Assembly: GCA_964016885.1 (NCBI GenBank)
Contig: OZ024740.1
Coordinates: 37,882,001-37,946,000, forward strand
Direction: 5' to 3'
From: Eledone cirrhosa
Lineage: Eukaryota
DNA length: 64,000 bases
This document shows positions 1 through 12,300 of the stretch, one piece after another. The position numbers and the translations under genes were made by a program. A model generated the notes under the pieces. That model was not told the DNA's origin. It ran no database searches and was given only the letters and a program-made list of their open reading frames with translations. Each line of letters opens with the position of its first letter. Within the stretch, counting starts at the first letter, position 1.

Positions 1-3000
1 CAGTATAGTTTGTGACAATACCTAGGTTTAAACAATGGTCCTATGGTTTATTACAGTTAAAAGACAGTATAGTGTGTGACAATACCTAGGTTTAAACAAT
101 GGTCTTATGGTTTATTACAGTTAAAAGACAGTATAATTTGTGACAATACCTAGGTTTAAACAATGGTCCTGTGGTTTATTACAGTTAAAAGACAGTATAG
201 TGTGTGACAATACCTAGGTTTAAACAATGGTCCTATGGTTTATTACGGTAAAAAGACAGTATAGTTTGTGACAATACCTAGGTTTTAACAATGGTCCTGT
301 GGTTTATTACAGTTAAAAGACAGTATAGTTTGTGCCGATACCTAGGTTTAAACAATGGTCCTATGGTTTATTACAGTTAAAAGACAGTATAGTTTGTGCC
401 AATACCTAGGTTTAAACAATGGTCCTATGGTTTATTACAGTTAAAAGACAGTATAGTTTGTGACAATACCTAGGTTTAAACAATGGTCCTATGGTTTATT
501 ACACTTAAAAGACAGTATAGTTTGTGACAATACCTAGGTTTAAACAATGGTCATATGGTTTATTACAGTTAAAAGACAGTATAGTTTGTGACAATACCTA
601 GGTTTAAACAATGGTCCTATGGTTTATTACAGTTAAAAGACAGTATAGTTTGTGCCAATACCTAGGTTTAAACAATGGTCCTATGGTTTATTACAGTTAA
701 AAGACAGTATAGTTTGTGACAATACCTAGGTTTAAACAATGGGCCTATGGTTTATTACGGTAAAAAGACAGTATAGTTTGTGACAATACCTAGGTTTAAA
801 CAATGGTCCTATGGTTTATTACAGTTAAAAGACAGTATAGTTTGTGACAATACCTAGGTTTAAACAATGGTCCTATGGTTTATTACAGTTAAAAGACAGT
901 ATAGTTTGTGACAATACCTAGGTTTAAACAATGGTCCTATGGTTTATTACAGTTAAAAGACAGTATAGTTTGTGACAATACCTAGGTTTAAACAATGGTC
1001 CTATGGTTTATTACAGTTAAAAGACAGTATAGTTTGTGACAATACCTAGGTTTTAACAATGGTCCTATGGTTTATTACAGTTAAAAGACAGTATAGTTTG
1101 TGACAATACCTAGGTTTAAACAATGGTCCTATGGTTTATTACGGTAAAAAGACAGTATAGTTTGTGACAATACCTAGGTTTAAACAATGGTCCTATGGTT
1201 TATTACAGTTAAAAGACAGTATAGTTTGTGACAATACCTAGGTTTAAACAATGGTCCTATGGTTTATTACAGTTAAAAGACAGTATAGTTTGTGCCAATA
1301 CCTAGGTTTAAACAATGGTCCTATGGTTTATTACAGTTAAAAGACAGTATAGTTTGTGCCGATACCTAGGTTTAAACAATGGTCCTATGGTTTATTACAG
1401 TTAAAAGACAGTATAGTTTGTGCCAATACCTAGGTTTAAACAATGGTCCTATGGTTTATTACAGTTAAAAGACAGTATAGTTTGTGACAATACCTAGGTT
1501 TAAACAATGGTCCTATGGTTTATTACACTTAAAAGACAGTATAGTTTGTGACAATACCTAGGTTTAAACAATGGTCCTATGGTTTATTACAGTTAAAAGA
1601 CAGTATAGTTTGTGACAATACCTAGGTTTAAACAATGGTCCTATGGTTTATTACAGTTAAAAGACAGTATAGTTTGTGCCAATACCTAGGTTTAAACAAT
1701 GGTCCTATGGTTTATTACAGTTAAAAGACAGTATAGTTTGTGACAATACCTAGGTTTAAACAATGGTCCTATGGTTTATTACAGTTAAAAGACAGTATAG
1801 TTTGTGCCAATACCTAGGTTTTAACAATGGTCCTATGGTTTATTACAGTTAAAAGACAGTATAGTTTGTGACAATACCTAGGTTTAAACAATGGTCCTAT
1901 GGTTTATTACAGTTAAAAGACAGTATAGTTTGTGACAATACCTAGGTTTAAACAATGGTCCTATGGTTTATTAGTTAAAAGACAGTATAGTTTGTGACAA
2001 TACCTAGGTTTAAACAATGGTCCTATGGTTTATTACAGTTAAAAGACAGTATAGTTTGTGCCAATACCTAGGTTTTAACAATGGTCCTATGGTTTATTAC
2101 AGTTAAAAGACAGTATAGTTTGTGACAATACCTAGGTTTAAACAATGGTCCTATGGTTTATTACAGTTAAAAGACAGTATAGTTTGTGACAATACCTAGG
2201 TTTAAACAATGGTCCTATGGTTTATTAGTTAAAAGACAGTATAGTTTGTGACAATACCTAGGTTTAAACAATAGTCCTATGGTTTATTACGGTAAAAAGA
2301 CAGTATAGTTTGTGACAATACCTAGGTTTTAACAATGGTCCTATGGTTTATTACAGTTAAAAGACAGTATAGTTTGTGACAACACCTGGGTTTAAACAAT
2401 GGTCCTATGGTTTATTATAGTTAAAAGACAGTATAGTTTGTGCCAATACCTAGGTTTAAACAATGGTCCTATGGTTTATTACAGTTAAAAGACAGTATAG
2501 TTTGTGACAATACCTAGGTTTAAACAATGGTCCTATGGTTTATTACAGTTAAAAGACAGTATAGTCTGTGCCAATACCTAGGTTTAAACAATGGTCCTAT
2601 GGTTTATTACAGTTAAAAGACAGTATAGTTTGTGACAATACCTAGGTTTAAACAATGGTCCTATGGTTTATTACAGTTAAAAGACAGTATAGTTTGTGAC
2701 AATACCTAGGTTTAAACAATGGTCCTATGGTTTATTACAGTTAAAAGAGAGTATAGTTTGTGACAATACCTCGGTTTAAACAATGGTCCTATGGTTTATT
2801 ACAGTTAAAAGACAGTATAGTTTGTGACAATACATAGGTTTTAACAATGGTCCTATGGTTTATTACAGTTAAAAGACAGTATAGTTTGTGACAATACCTA
2901 GGTTTTAACAATGGTCCTATGGTTTATTACAGTTAAAAGACAGTATAGTTTGTGACAATACCTAGGTTTTAACAATGGTCCTATGGTTTATTAGTTAAAA

Positions 3001-6000
3001 GACAGTATAGTTTGTGACAATATCTAGGTTTTAACAATGGTCCTATGGTTTATTAGTTAAAAGACAGTATAGTTTGTGACAATACCTAGGTTTTAACAAT
3101 GGTCCTATGGTTTATTAGTTAAAAGACAGTATAGTTTGTGACAATACCTAGGTTTAAACAATGGTCCTATGGTTTATTACAGTTAAAAGACAGTATACTT
3201 TGTGACAATACCTAGGTTTTAACAATGGCCCTATGGTTTATTACAGTTAAAAGACAGTATAGTTTGTGACAATACCTAGGTTTAAACAATGGTCCTATGG
3301 TTTATTACAGTTAAAAGACAGTATAGTGTGTGACAATACCTAGGTTTAAACAATGGTCTTATGGTTTATTACAGTTAAAAGACAGTATAATTTGTGACAA
3401 TACCTAGGTTTAAACAATGGTCCTGTGGTTTATTACAGTTAAAAGACAGTATAGTGTGTGACAATACCTAGGTTTAAACAATGGTCCTATGGTTTATTAC
3501 GGTAAAAAGACAGTATAGTTTGTGACAATACCTAGGTTTTAACAATGGTCCTGTGGTTTATTACAGTTAAAAGACAGTATAGTTTGTGCCGATACCTAGG
3601 TTTAAACAATGGTCCTATGGTTTATTACAGTTAAAAGACAGTATAGTTTGTGCCAATACCTAGGTTTAAACAATGGTCCTATGGTTTATTACAGTTAAAA
3701 GACAGTATAGTTTGTGACAATACCTAGGTTTAAACAATGGTCATATGGTTTATTACAGTTAAAAGACAGTATAGTTTGTGACAATACCTAGGTTTAAACA
3801 ATGGTCCTATGGTTTATTACAGTTAAAAGACAGTATAGTTTGTGCCAATACCTAGGTTTAAACAATGGTCCTATGGTTTATTACAGTTAAAAGACAGTAT
3901 AGTTTGTGACAATACCTAGGTTTAAACAATGGTCCTATGGTTTATTACGGTAAAAAGACAGTATAGTTTGTGACAATACCTAGGTTTAAACAATGGTCCT
4001 ATGGTTTATTACAGTTAAAAGACAGTATAGTTTGTGACAATACCTAGGTTTAAACAATGGTCCTATGGTTTATTACAGTTAAAAGACAGTATAGTTTGTG
4101 ACAATACCTAGGTTTAAACAATGGTCCTATGGTTTATTACAGTTAAAAGACAGTATAGTTTGTGACAATACCTAGGTTTAAACAATGGTCCTATGGTTTA
4201 TTACAGTTAAAAGACAGTATAGTTTGTGACAATACCTAGGTTTTAACAATGGTCCTATGGTTTATTACAGTTAAAAGACAGTATAGTTTGTGACAATACC
4301 TAGGTTTAAACAATGGTCCTATGGTTTATTACGGTAAAAAGACAGTATAGTTTGTGACAATACCTAGGTTTAAACAATGGTCCTATGGTTTATTACAGTT
4401 AAAAGACAGTATAGTTTATGACAATACCTAGGTTTAAACAATGGTCCTATGGTTTATTACAGTTAAAAGACAGTATAGTTTGTGCCAATACCTAGGTTTA
4501 AACAATGGTCCTATGGTTTATTACAGTTAAAAGACAGTATAGTTTGTGCCGATACCTAGGTTTAAACAATGGTCCTATGGTTTATTACAGTTAAAAGACA
4601 GTATAGTTTGTGCCAATACCTAGGTTTAAACAATGGTCCTATGGTTTATTACAGTTAAAAGACAGTATAGTTTGTGACAATACCTAGGTTTAAACAATGG
4701 TCCTATGGTTTATTACACTTAAAAGACAGTATAGTTTGTGACAATACCTAGGTTTAAACAATGGTCCTATGGTTTATTACAGTTAAAAGACAGTATAGTT
4801 TGTGACAATACCTAGGTTTAAACAATGGTCCTATGGTTTATTACAGTTAAAAGACAGTATAGTTTGTGCCAATACCTAGGTTTAAACAATGGTCCTATGG
4901 TTTATTACAGTTAAAAGACAGTATAGTTTGTGACAATACCTAGGTTTAAACAATGGTCCTATGGTTTATTACAGTTAAAAGACAGTATAGTTTGTGCCAA
5001 TACCTAGGTTTTAACAATGGTCCTATGGTTTATTACAGTTAAAAGACAGTATAGTTTGTGACAACACCTGGGTTTAAACAATGGTCCTATGGTTTATTAT
5101 AGTTAAAAGACAGTATAGTTTGTGCCAATACCTAGGTTTAAACAATGGTCCTATGGTTTATTACAGTTAAAAGACAGTATAGTTTGTGACAATACCTAGG
5201 TTTAAACAATGGTCCTATGGTTTATTACAGTTAAAAGACAGTATAGTCTGTGCCAATACCTAGGTTTAAACAATGGTCCTATGGTTTATTACAGTTAAAA
5301 GACAGTATAGTTTGTGACAATACCTAGGTTTAAACAATGCTCCTATGGTTTATTACAGTTAAAAGACAGTATAGTTTGTGACAATACCTAGGTTTAAACA
5401 ATGGTCCTATGGTTTATTACAGTTAAAAGAGAGTATAGTTTGTGACAATACCTCGGTTTAAACAATGGTCCTATGGTTTATTACAGTTAAAAGACAGTAT
5501 AGTTTGTGACAATACATAGGTTTTAACAATGGTCCTATGGTTTATTACAGTTAAAAGACAGTATAGTTTGTGACAATACCTAGGTTTTAACAATGGTCCT
5601 ATGGTTTATTACAGTTAAAAGACAGTATAGTTTGTGACAATACCTAGGTTTTAACAATGGTCCTATGGTTTATTAGTTAAAAGACAGTATAGTTTGTGAC
5701 AATATCTAGGTTTTAACAATGGTCCTATGGTTTATTAGTTAAAAGACAGTATAGTTTGTGACAATACCTAGGTTTTAACAATGGTCCTATGGTTTATTAG
5801 TTAAAAGACAGTATAGTTTGTGACAATACCTAGGTTTAAACAATGGTCCTATGGTTTATTACAGTTAAAAGACAGTATACTTTGTGACAATACCTAGGTT
5901 TTAACAATGGCCCTATGGTTTATTACAGTTAAAAGACAGTATAGTTTGTGACAATACCTAGGTTTAAACAATGGTCCTATGGTTTATTACAGTTAAAAGA

Positions 6001-6210
6001 CAGTATAGTGTGTGACAATACCTAGGTTTAAACAATGGTCTTATGGTTTATTACAGTTAAAAGACAGTATAATTTGTGACAATACCTAGGTTTAAACAAT
6101 GGTCCTGTGGTTTATTACAGTTAAAAGACAGTATAGTGTGTGACAATACCTAGGTTTAAACAATGGTCCTATGGTTTATTACGGTAAAAAGACAGTATAG
6201 TTTGTGACAA
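1..6210. repeat. Higher-order block A: a ~3.25-kb unit followed by an internally deleted 2.68-kb copy and the start of a third
   Basis: The GTGTGTG/CTTAT/CCTGTGG cassette starts at 65, 3319 and 6001 (offsets 3254, 2682). TCATATGG is at 551 and 3741 (3190). GCCGAT is at ~335/1360 and ~3590/4550. GTCTGTGCC is at 2565/5247 and CAGTATAC at 3191/5873 (2682). Confidence 0.85.
20..33. other. Overlapping 8-bp palindromes ACCTAGGT (contains AvrII site CCTAGG) and GTTTAAAC (PmeI site) in each consensus monomer
   Basis: Read directly: ACCTAGGT at 20-27 and GTTTAAAC at 26-33, repeated in most monomers. The function is unknown. Confidence 0.9.
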
Positions 6211-6399
6211 TACCTAGGTTTTAACAATGGTCCTATGGTTTATTAGTTAAAAGACAGTATAGTTTGTGACAATACCTAGGTTTAAACAATGGTCCTATGG
6301 TTTATTACAGTTAAAAGACAGTATAATTTGTGACAATACCTAGGTTTAAACAATGGTCCTATGGTTTATTACAGTTAAAAGAGAGTATAGTTTGTGACA

Positions 6400-9300
6400 A
6401 TACCTAGGTTTTAAAATGGTCCTATGGTTTATTAGTTAAAAGACAGTATAGTTTGTGACAATACCTAGGTTTAAACAATGGTCCTATGGTTTATTACAGT
6501 TAAAAGACAGTATAGTTTGTGACAATACCTAGGTTTTAACGATGGTCCTATGGTTTATTAGTTAAAAGACAGTATAGTTTGTGACAATACCTAGGTTTAA
6601 ACAATGGTCCTATGGTTTATTACAGTTAAAAGACAGTATAGTTTGTGACTATACCTAGGTTTAAACAATGGTCCTATGGTTTATTACAGTTAAAAGACAG
6701 TATAGTTTGTGACAATACCTAGGTTTAAACAATGGTCCTATGGTTTATTACAGTTAAAAGACAGTATAGTTTATGACAATATCTAGGTTTTAACAATGGT
6801 CCTATGGTTTATTACAGTTAAAAGACAGTATAGTTTGTGACAATACCTAGGTTTAAACAATGGTCCTATGGTTTATTACTGTTAAAAGACAGTATAGTTT
6901 GTGACAATACCTAGGTTTAAACAATGGTCCTATGGTTTATTACAGTTAAAAGACAGTATAGTTTGTGACAATACCTAGGTTTAAACAATGGTCCTATGGT
7001 TTATTACTGTTAAAAGACAGTATAGTTTGTGACAATACCTAGGTTTAAACAATGGTCCTATGGTTTATTACAGTTAAAAGACAGTATAGTTTGTGACAAT
7101 ACCTAGGTTTAAACAATGGTCCTATGGTTTACTACAGTTAAAAGACAGTATAGTTTGTGACAATACCTAGGTTTAAACAATGGTCCTATGGTTTATTACA
7201 GTTAAAAGACAGTATAGTTTGTGCCAATACCTAGGTTTTAACAATGGTCCTATGGTTTATTACAGTTAAAAGACAGTATAGTTTGTGACAATACCTAGGT
7301 TTAAACAATGGTCCTATGGTTTATTACAGTTAAAAGACAGTATAGTTTGTGACAATACCTAGGTTTTAACAATGGTCTTATGGTTTATTACAGTTAAAAG
7401 ATAGTATAGTTTGTGACAATACCTAGGTTTTAACAATGGTCCTATGGTTTATTACAGTTAAAAGACAGTATAGTTTGTGACAATATCTAGGTTTTAACAA
7501 TGGTCCTATGGTTTATTACAGTTAAAAGACAGTATAGTTTGTGACAATACCTAGGTTTAAACAATGGTCCTATGGTTTATTACAGTTAAAAGACAGTATA
7601 GTTTGTGACAATACCTAGGTTTAAACAATGGTCCTATGGTTTACTAGTTAAAAGACAGTATAGTTTGTGACAATACCTAGGTTTTAACAATGGTCCTATG
7701 GTTTATTAGTTAAAAGACAGTATAGTTTGTGACTATACCTAGGTTTAAACAATGGTCCTATGGTTTATTACAGTTAAAAGACAGTATAGTTTGTGACAAT
7801 ACCTAGGTTTAAACAATGGTCCTATTGTTTATTAGTTAAAAGACAGTATAGTTTGTGACAATACCTAGGTTTAAACAATGGTCCTATGGTTTATTAAGGT
7901 AAAAAGACAGTATAGTTTGTGACAATACCTAGGTTTTAACAATGGTTCTATGGTTTATTACAGTTAAAAGACAGTATAGTTTGTGACAACACCTGGGTTT
8001 AAACAATGGTCCTATGGTTTATTATAGTTAAAAGACAGTATAGTTTGTGCCAATACCTAGGTTTAAACAATGGTCCTATGGTTTATTACAGTTAAAAGAC
8101 AGTATAGTTTGTGACAATACCTAGGTTTAAACAATGGTCCTATGGTTTATTACAGTTAAAAGACAGTATAGTTTGTGCCAATACCTAGGTTTAAACAATG
8201 GTCCTATGGTTTATTACAGTTAAAAGACAGTATAGTTTGTGACAATACCTAGGTTTAAACAATGGTCCTATGGTTTATTACAGTTAAAAGACAGTATAGT
8301 TTGTGACAATACCTAGGTTTAAATAATGGTCCTATGGTTTATTACAGTTAAAAGACAGTATAGTTTGTGACAATACCTCGGTTTAAACAATGGTCCTATG
8401 GTTTATTACAGTTAAAAGACAGTATAGTTTGTGACAATACCTAGGTTTTAACAATGGTCCTATGGTTTATTACAGTTAAAAGACAGTATAGTTTGTGACA
8501 ATACCTAGGTTTTAACAATGGTCCTATGGTTTATTACAGTTAAAAGACAGTATAGTTTGTGACAATACCTAGGTTTTAAAATGGTCCTATGGTTTATTAG
8601 TTAAAAGACAGTATAGTTTGTGACAATACCTAGGTTTAAACAATGGTCCTATGGTTTATTACAGTTAATAGACAGTATAGTTTGTGACAATACCTAGGTT
8701 TTAACGATGGTCCTATGGTTTATTAGTTAAAAGACAGTATAGTTTGTGACAATACCTAGGTTTAAACAATGGTCCTATGGTTTATTACAGTTGAAAGACA
8801 GTATAGTTTGTGACTATACCTAGGTTTAAACAATGGTCCTATGGTTTATTACAGTTAAAAGACAGTATAGTTTGTGACAATACCTAGGTTTAAACAATGA
8901 TCCTATGGTTTATTACAGTTAAAAGACAGTATAGTTTATGACAATATCTAGGTTTTAACAATGGTCCTATGGTTTATTACAGTTAAAAGACAGTATAGTT
9001 TGTGACAATACCTAGGTTTAAACAATGGTCCTATGGTTTATTACTGTTAAAAGACAGTATAGTTTGTGACAATACCTAGGTTTAAACAATGGTCCTATGG
9101 TTTATTACACTTAAAAGGCAGTATAGTTTGTGACAATACCTAGGTTTAAACAATGGTCCTATGGTTTATTACAGTTAAAAGACAGTATAGTTTGTGACAA
9201 TACCTAGGTTTAAACAATGGTCCTATGGTTTATTACAGTTAAAAGACAGTATAGTTTGTGACAATACCTAGGTTTAAACAATGGTCCTATGGTTTATTAC

Positions 9301-12300
9301 AGTTAAAAGACAGTATAGTTTGTGCCAATACCTAGGTTTTAACAATGGTCCTATGGTTTATTACAGTTAAAAGACAGTATAGTTTGTGACAATACCTAGG
9401 TTTAAACAATGGTCCTATGGTTTATTACAGTTAAAAGACAGTATAGTTTGTGACAATACCTAGGTTTTAACAATGGTCTTATGGTTTATTACAGTTAAAA
9501 GATAGTATAGTTTGTGACAATACCTAGGTTTTAACAATGGTCCTAAGGTTTATTACAGTTAAAAGACAGTATAGTTTGTGACAATATCTAGGTTTTAACA
9601 ATGGTCCTATGGTTTATTACAGTTAAAAGACAGTATAGTTTGTGACAATACCTAGGTTTAAACAATGGTCCTATGGTTTATTACAGTTAAAAGACAGTAT
9701 AGTTTGTGACAATACCTAGGTTTAAACAATGGTCCTATGGTTTACTAGTTAAAAGACAGTATAGTTTGTGACAATACCTAGGTTTTAACAATGGTCCTAT
9801 GGTTTATTAGTTAAAAGACAGTATAGTTTGTGACTATACCTAGGTTTAAACAATGGTCCTATGGTTTATTACAGTTAAAAGACAGTATAGTTTGTGACAA
9901 TACCTAGGTTTAAACAATGGTCCTATGGTTTATTAGTTAAAAGACAGTATAGTTTGTGACAATACCTAGGTTTAAACAATGGTCCTATGGTTTATTAAGG
10001 TAAAAAGACAGTATAGTTTGTGACAATACCTAGGTTTTAACAATGGTCCTATGGTTTATTACAGTTCAAAGACAGTATAGTTTGTGACAACACCTGGGTT
10101 TAAACAATGGTCCTATGGTTTATTATAGTTAAAAGACAGTATAGTTTGTGCCAATACCTAGGTTTAAACAATGGTCCTATGGTTTATTACAGTTAAAAGA
10201 CAGTATAGTTTGTGACAATACCTAGGTTTAAACAATGGTCCTATGGTTTATTACAGTTAAAAGACAGTATAGTTTGTGCCAATACCTAGGTTTAAACAAT
10301 GGTCCTATGGTTTATTACAGTTAAAAGACAGTATAGTTTGTGACAATACCTAGGTTTAAACAATGGTCCTATGGTTTATTACAGTTAAAAGACAGTATAG
10401 TTTGTGACAATACCTAGGTTTAAATAATGGTCCTATGGTTTATTACAGTTAAAAGACAGTATAGTTTGTGACAATACCTCGGTTTAAACAATGGTCCTAT
10501 GGTTTATTACAGTTAAAAGACAGTATAGTTTGTGACAATACCTAGGTTTTAACAATGGTCCTATGGTTTATTACAGTTAAAAGACAGTATAGTTTGTGAC
10601 AATACCTAGGTTTTAACAATGGTCCTATGGTTTATTACGGTAAAAAGACAGTATAGTTTGTGACAATACCTACGTTTAACAATGGTCCTATGGTTTATTA
10701 GTTAAAAGACAGTATAGTTTGTGACAATACCTAGGTTTAAACAATGGTCCTATGGTTTATTACAGTTAAAAGACAGTATAGTTTGTGACAATACCTAGGT
10801 TTTAACGATGGTCCTATGGTTTATTAGTTAAAAGACAGTATAGTTTGTGACAATACCTAGGTTTAAACAATGGTCCTATGGTTTATTACAGTTAAAAGAC
10901 AGTATAGTTTGTGACTATACCTAGGTTTAAACAATGGTCCTATGGTTTATTACAGTTAAAAGACAGTATAGTTTGTGACAATACCTAGGTTTAAACAATG
11001 GTCCTATGGTTTATTACAGTTAAAAGACAGTATAGTTTGTGACAATACCTAGGTTTAAACAATGGTCCTATGGTTTATTACTGTTAAAAGACAGTATAGT
11101 TTGTGACTATACCTAGGTTTAAACAATGGTCCTATGGTTTATTACAGTTAAAAGACAGTATAGTGTGTGACAATACCTAGGTTTAAACAATGGTCCTATG
11201 GTTTATTACAGTTAAAAGACAGTATAGTTTGTGACAACACCTGGGTTTAAACAATGGTCCTATGGTTTATTATAGTTAAAAGACAGTATAGTTTATGACA
11301 ATATCTAGGTTTTAACAATGGTCCTATGGTTTATTACAGTTAAAAGACAGTATAGTTTGTGACAATACCTAGGTTTAAACAATGGTCCTATGGTTTATTA
11401 CTGTTAAAAGACAGTATAGTTTGTGACAATACCTAGGTTTAAACAATGGTCCTATGGTTTATTACAGTTAAAAGACAGTATAGTTTGTGACAATACCTAG
11501 GTTTAAACAATGGTCCTATGGTTTACTACAGTTAAAAGACAGTATAGTTTGTGACAATACCTAGGTTTAAACAATGGTCCTATGGTTTATTACAGTTAAA
11601 AGACAGTATAGTTTGTGCCAATACCTAGGTTTTAACAATGGTCCTATGGTTTATTACAGTTAAAAGACAGTATAGTTTGTGACAATACCTAGGTTTAAAC
11701 AATGGTCCTATGGTTTATTACAGTTAAAAGACAGTATAGTTTGTGACAATACCTAGGTTTTAACAATGGTCTTATGGTTTATTACAGTTAAAAGATAGTA
11801 TAGTTTGTGACAATACCTAGGTTTTAACAATGGTCCTATGGTTTATTACAGTTAAAAGACAGTATAGTTTGTGACAATATCTAGGTTTTAACAATGGTCC
11901 TATGGTTTATTACAGTTAAAAGACAGTATAGTTTGTGACAATACCTAGGTTTAAACAATGGTCCTATGGTTTATTACAGTTAAAAGACAGTATAGTTTAT
12001 GACAATACCTAGGTTTAAACAATGGTCCTATGGTTTACTAGTTAAAAGACAGTATAGTTTGTGACAATACCTAGGTTTTAACAATGGTCCTATGGTTTAT
12101 TAGTTAAAAGACAGTATAGTTTGTGACTATACCTAGGTTTAAACAATGGTCCTATGGTTTATTACAGTTAAAAGACAGTATAGTTTGTGACAATACCTAG
12201 GTTTAAACAATGGTCCTATTGTTTATTAGTTAAAAGACAGTATAGTTTGTGACAATACCTAGGTTTAAACAATGGTCCTATGGTTTATTAAGGTAAAAAG

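Noticed and set aside
21-26. Mirror-image mutation pairs in CCTAGG (TCTAGG/CCTAGA, CGTAGG/CCTACG, CCCAGG/CCTGGG) or selective protection of the palindrome
   Set aside because: About 10 of 18 possible substitutions are present and all six positions are hit, so some reciprocal pairs are expected by chance and there is no sign of protection.
1-64. tRNA/5S/snRNA/spliced-leader tandem gene array
   Set aside because: The monomer shows no cloverleaf, no recognisable Pol III A/B boxes and no similarity to RNA families I know. An Rfam search would be the definitive test.
1-64. Absence of CpG in the consensus as proof of methylation-driven decay
   Set aside because: With 8 C and 12 G only about 1.5 CpG are expected per monomer, and GpC is also absent, so the observation is not informative.
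123-140. Bacterial promoter-like TATAAT in variant monomers
   Set aside because: It is a single substitution of TATAGT inside a satellite, with no downstream gene or supporting context.
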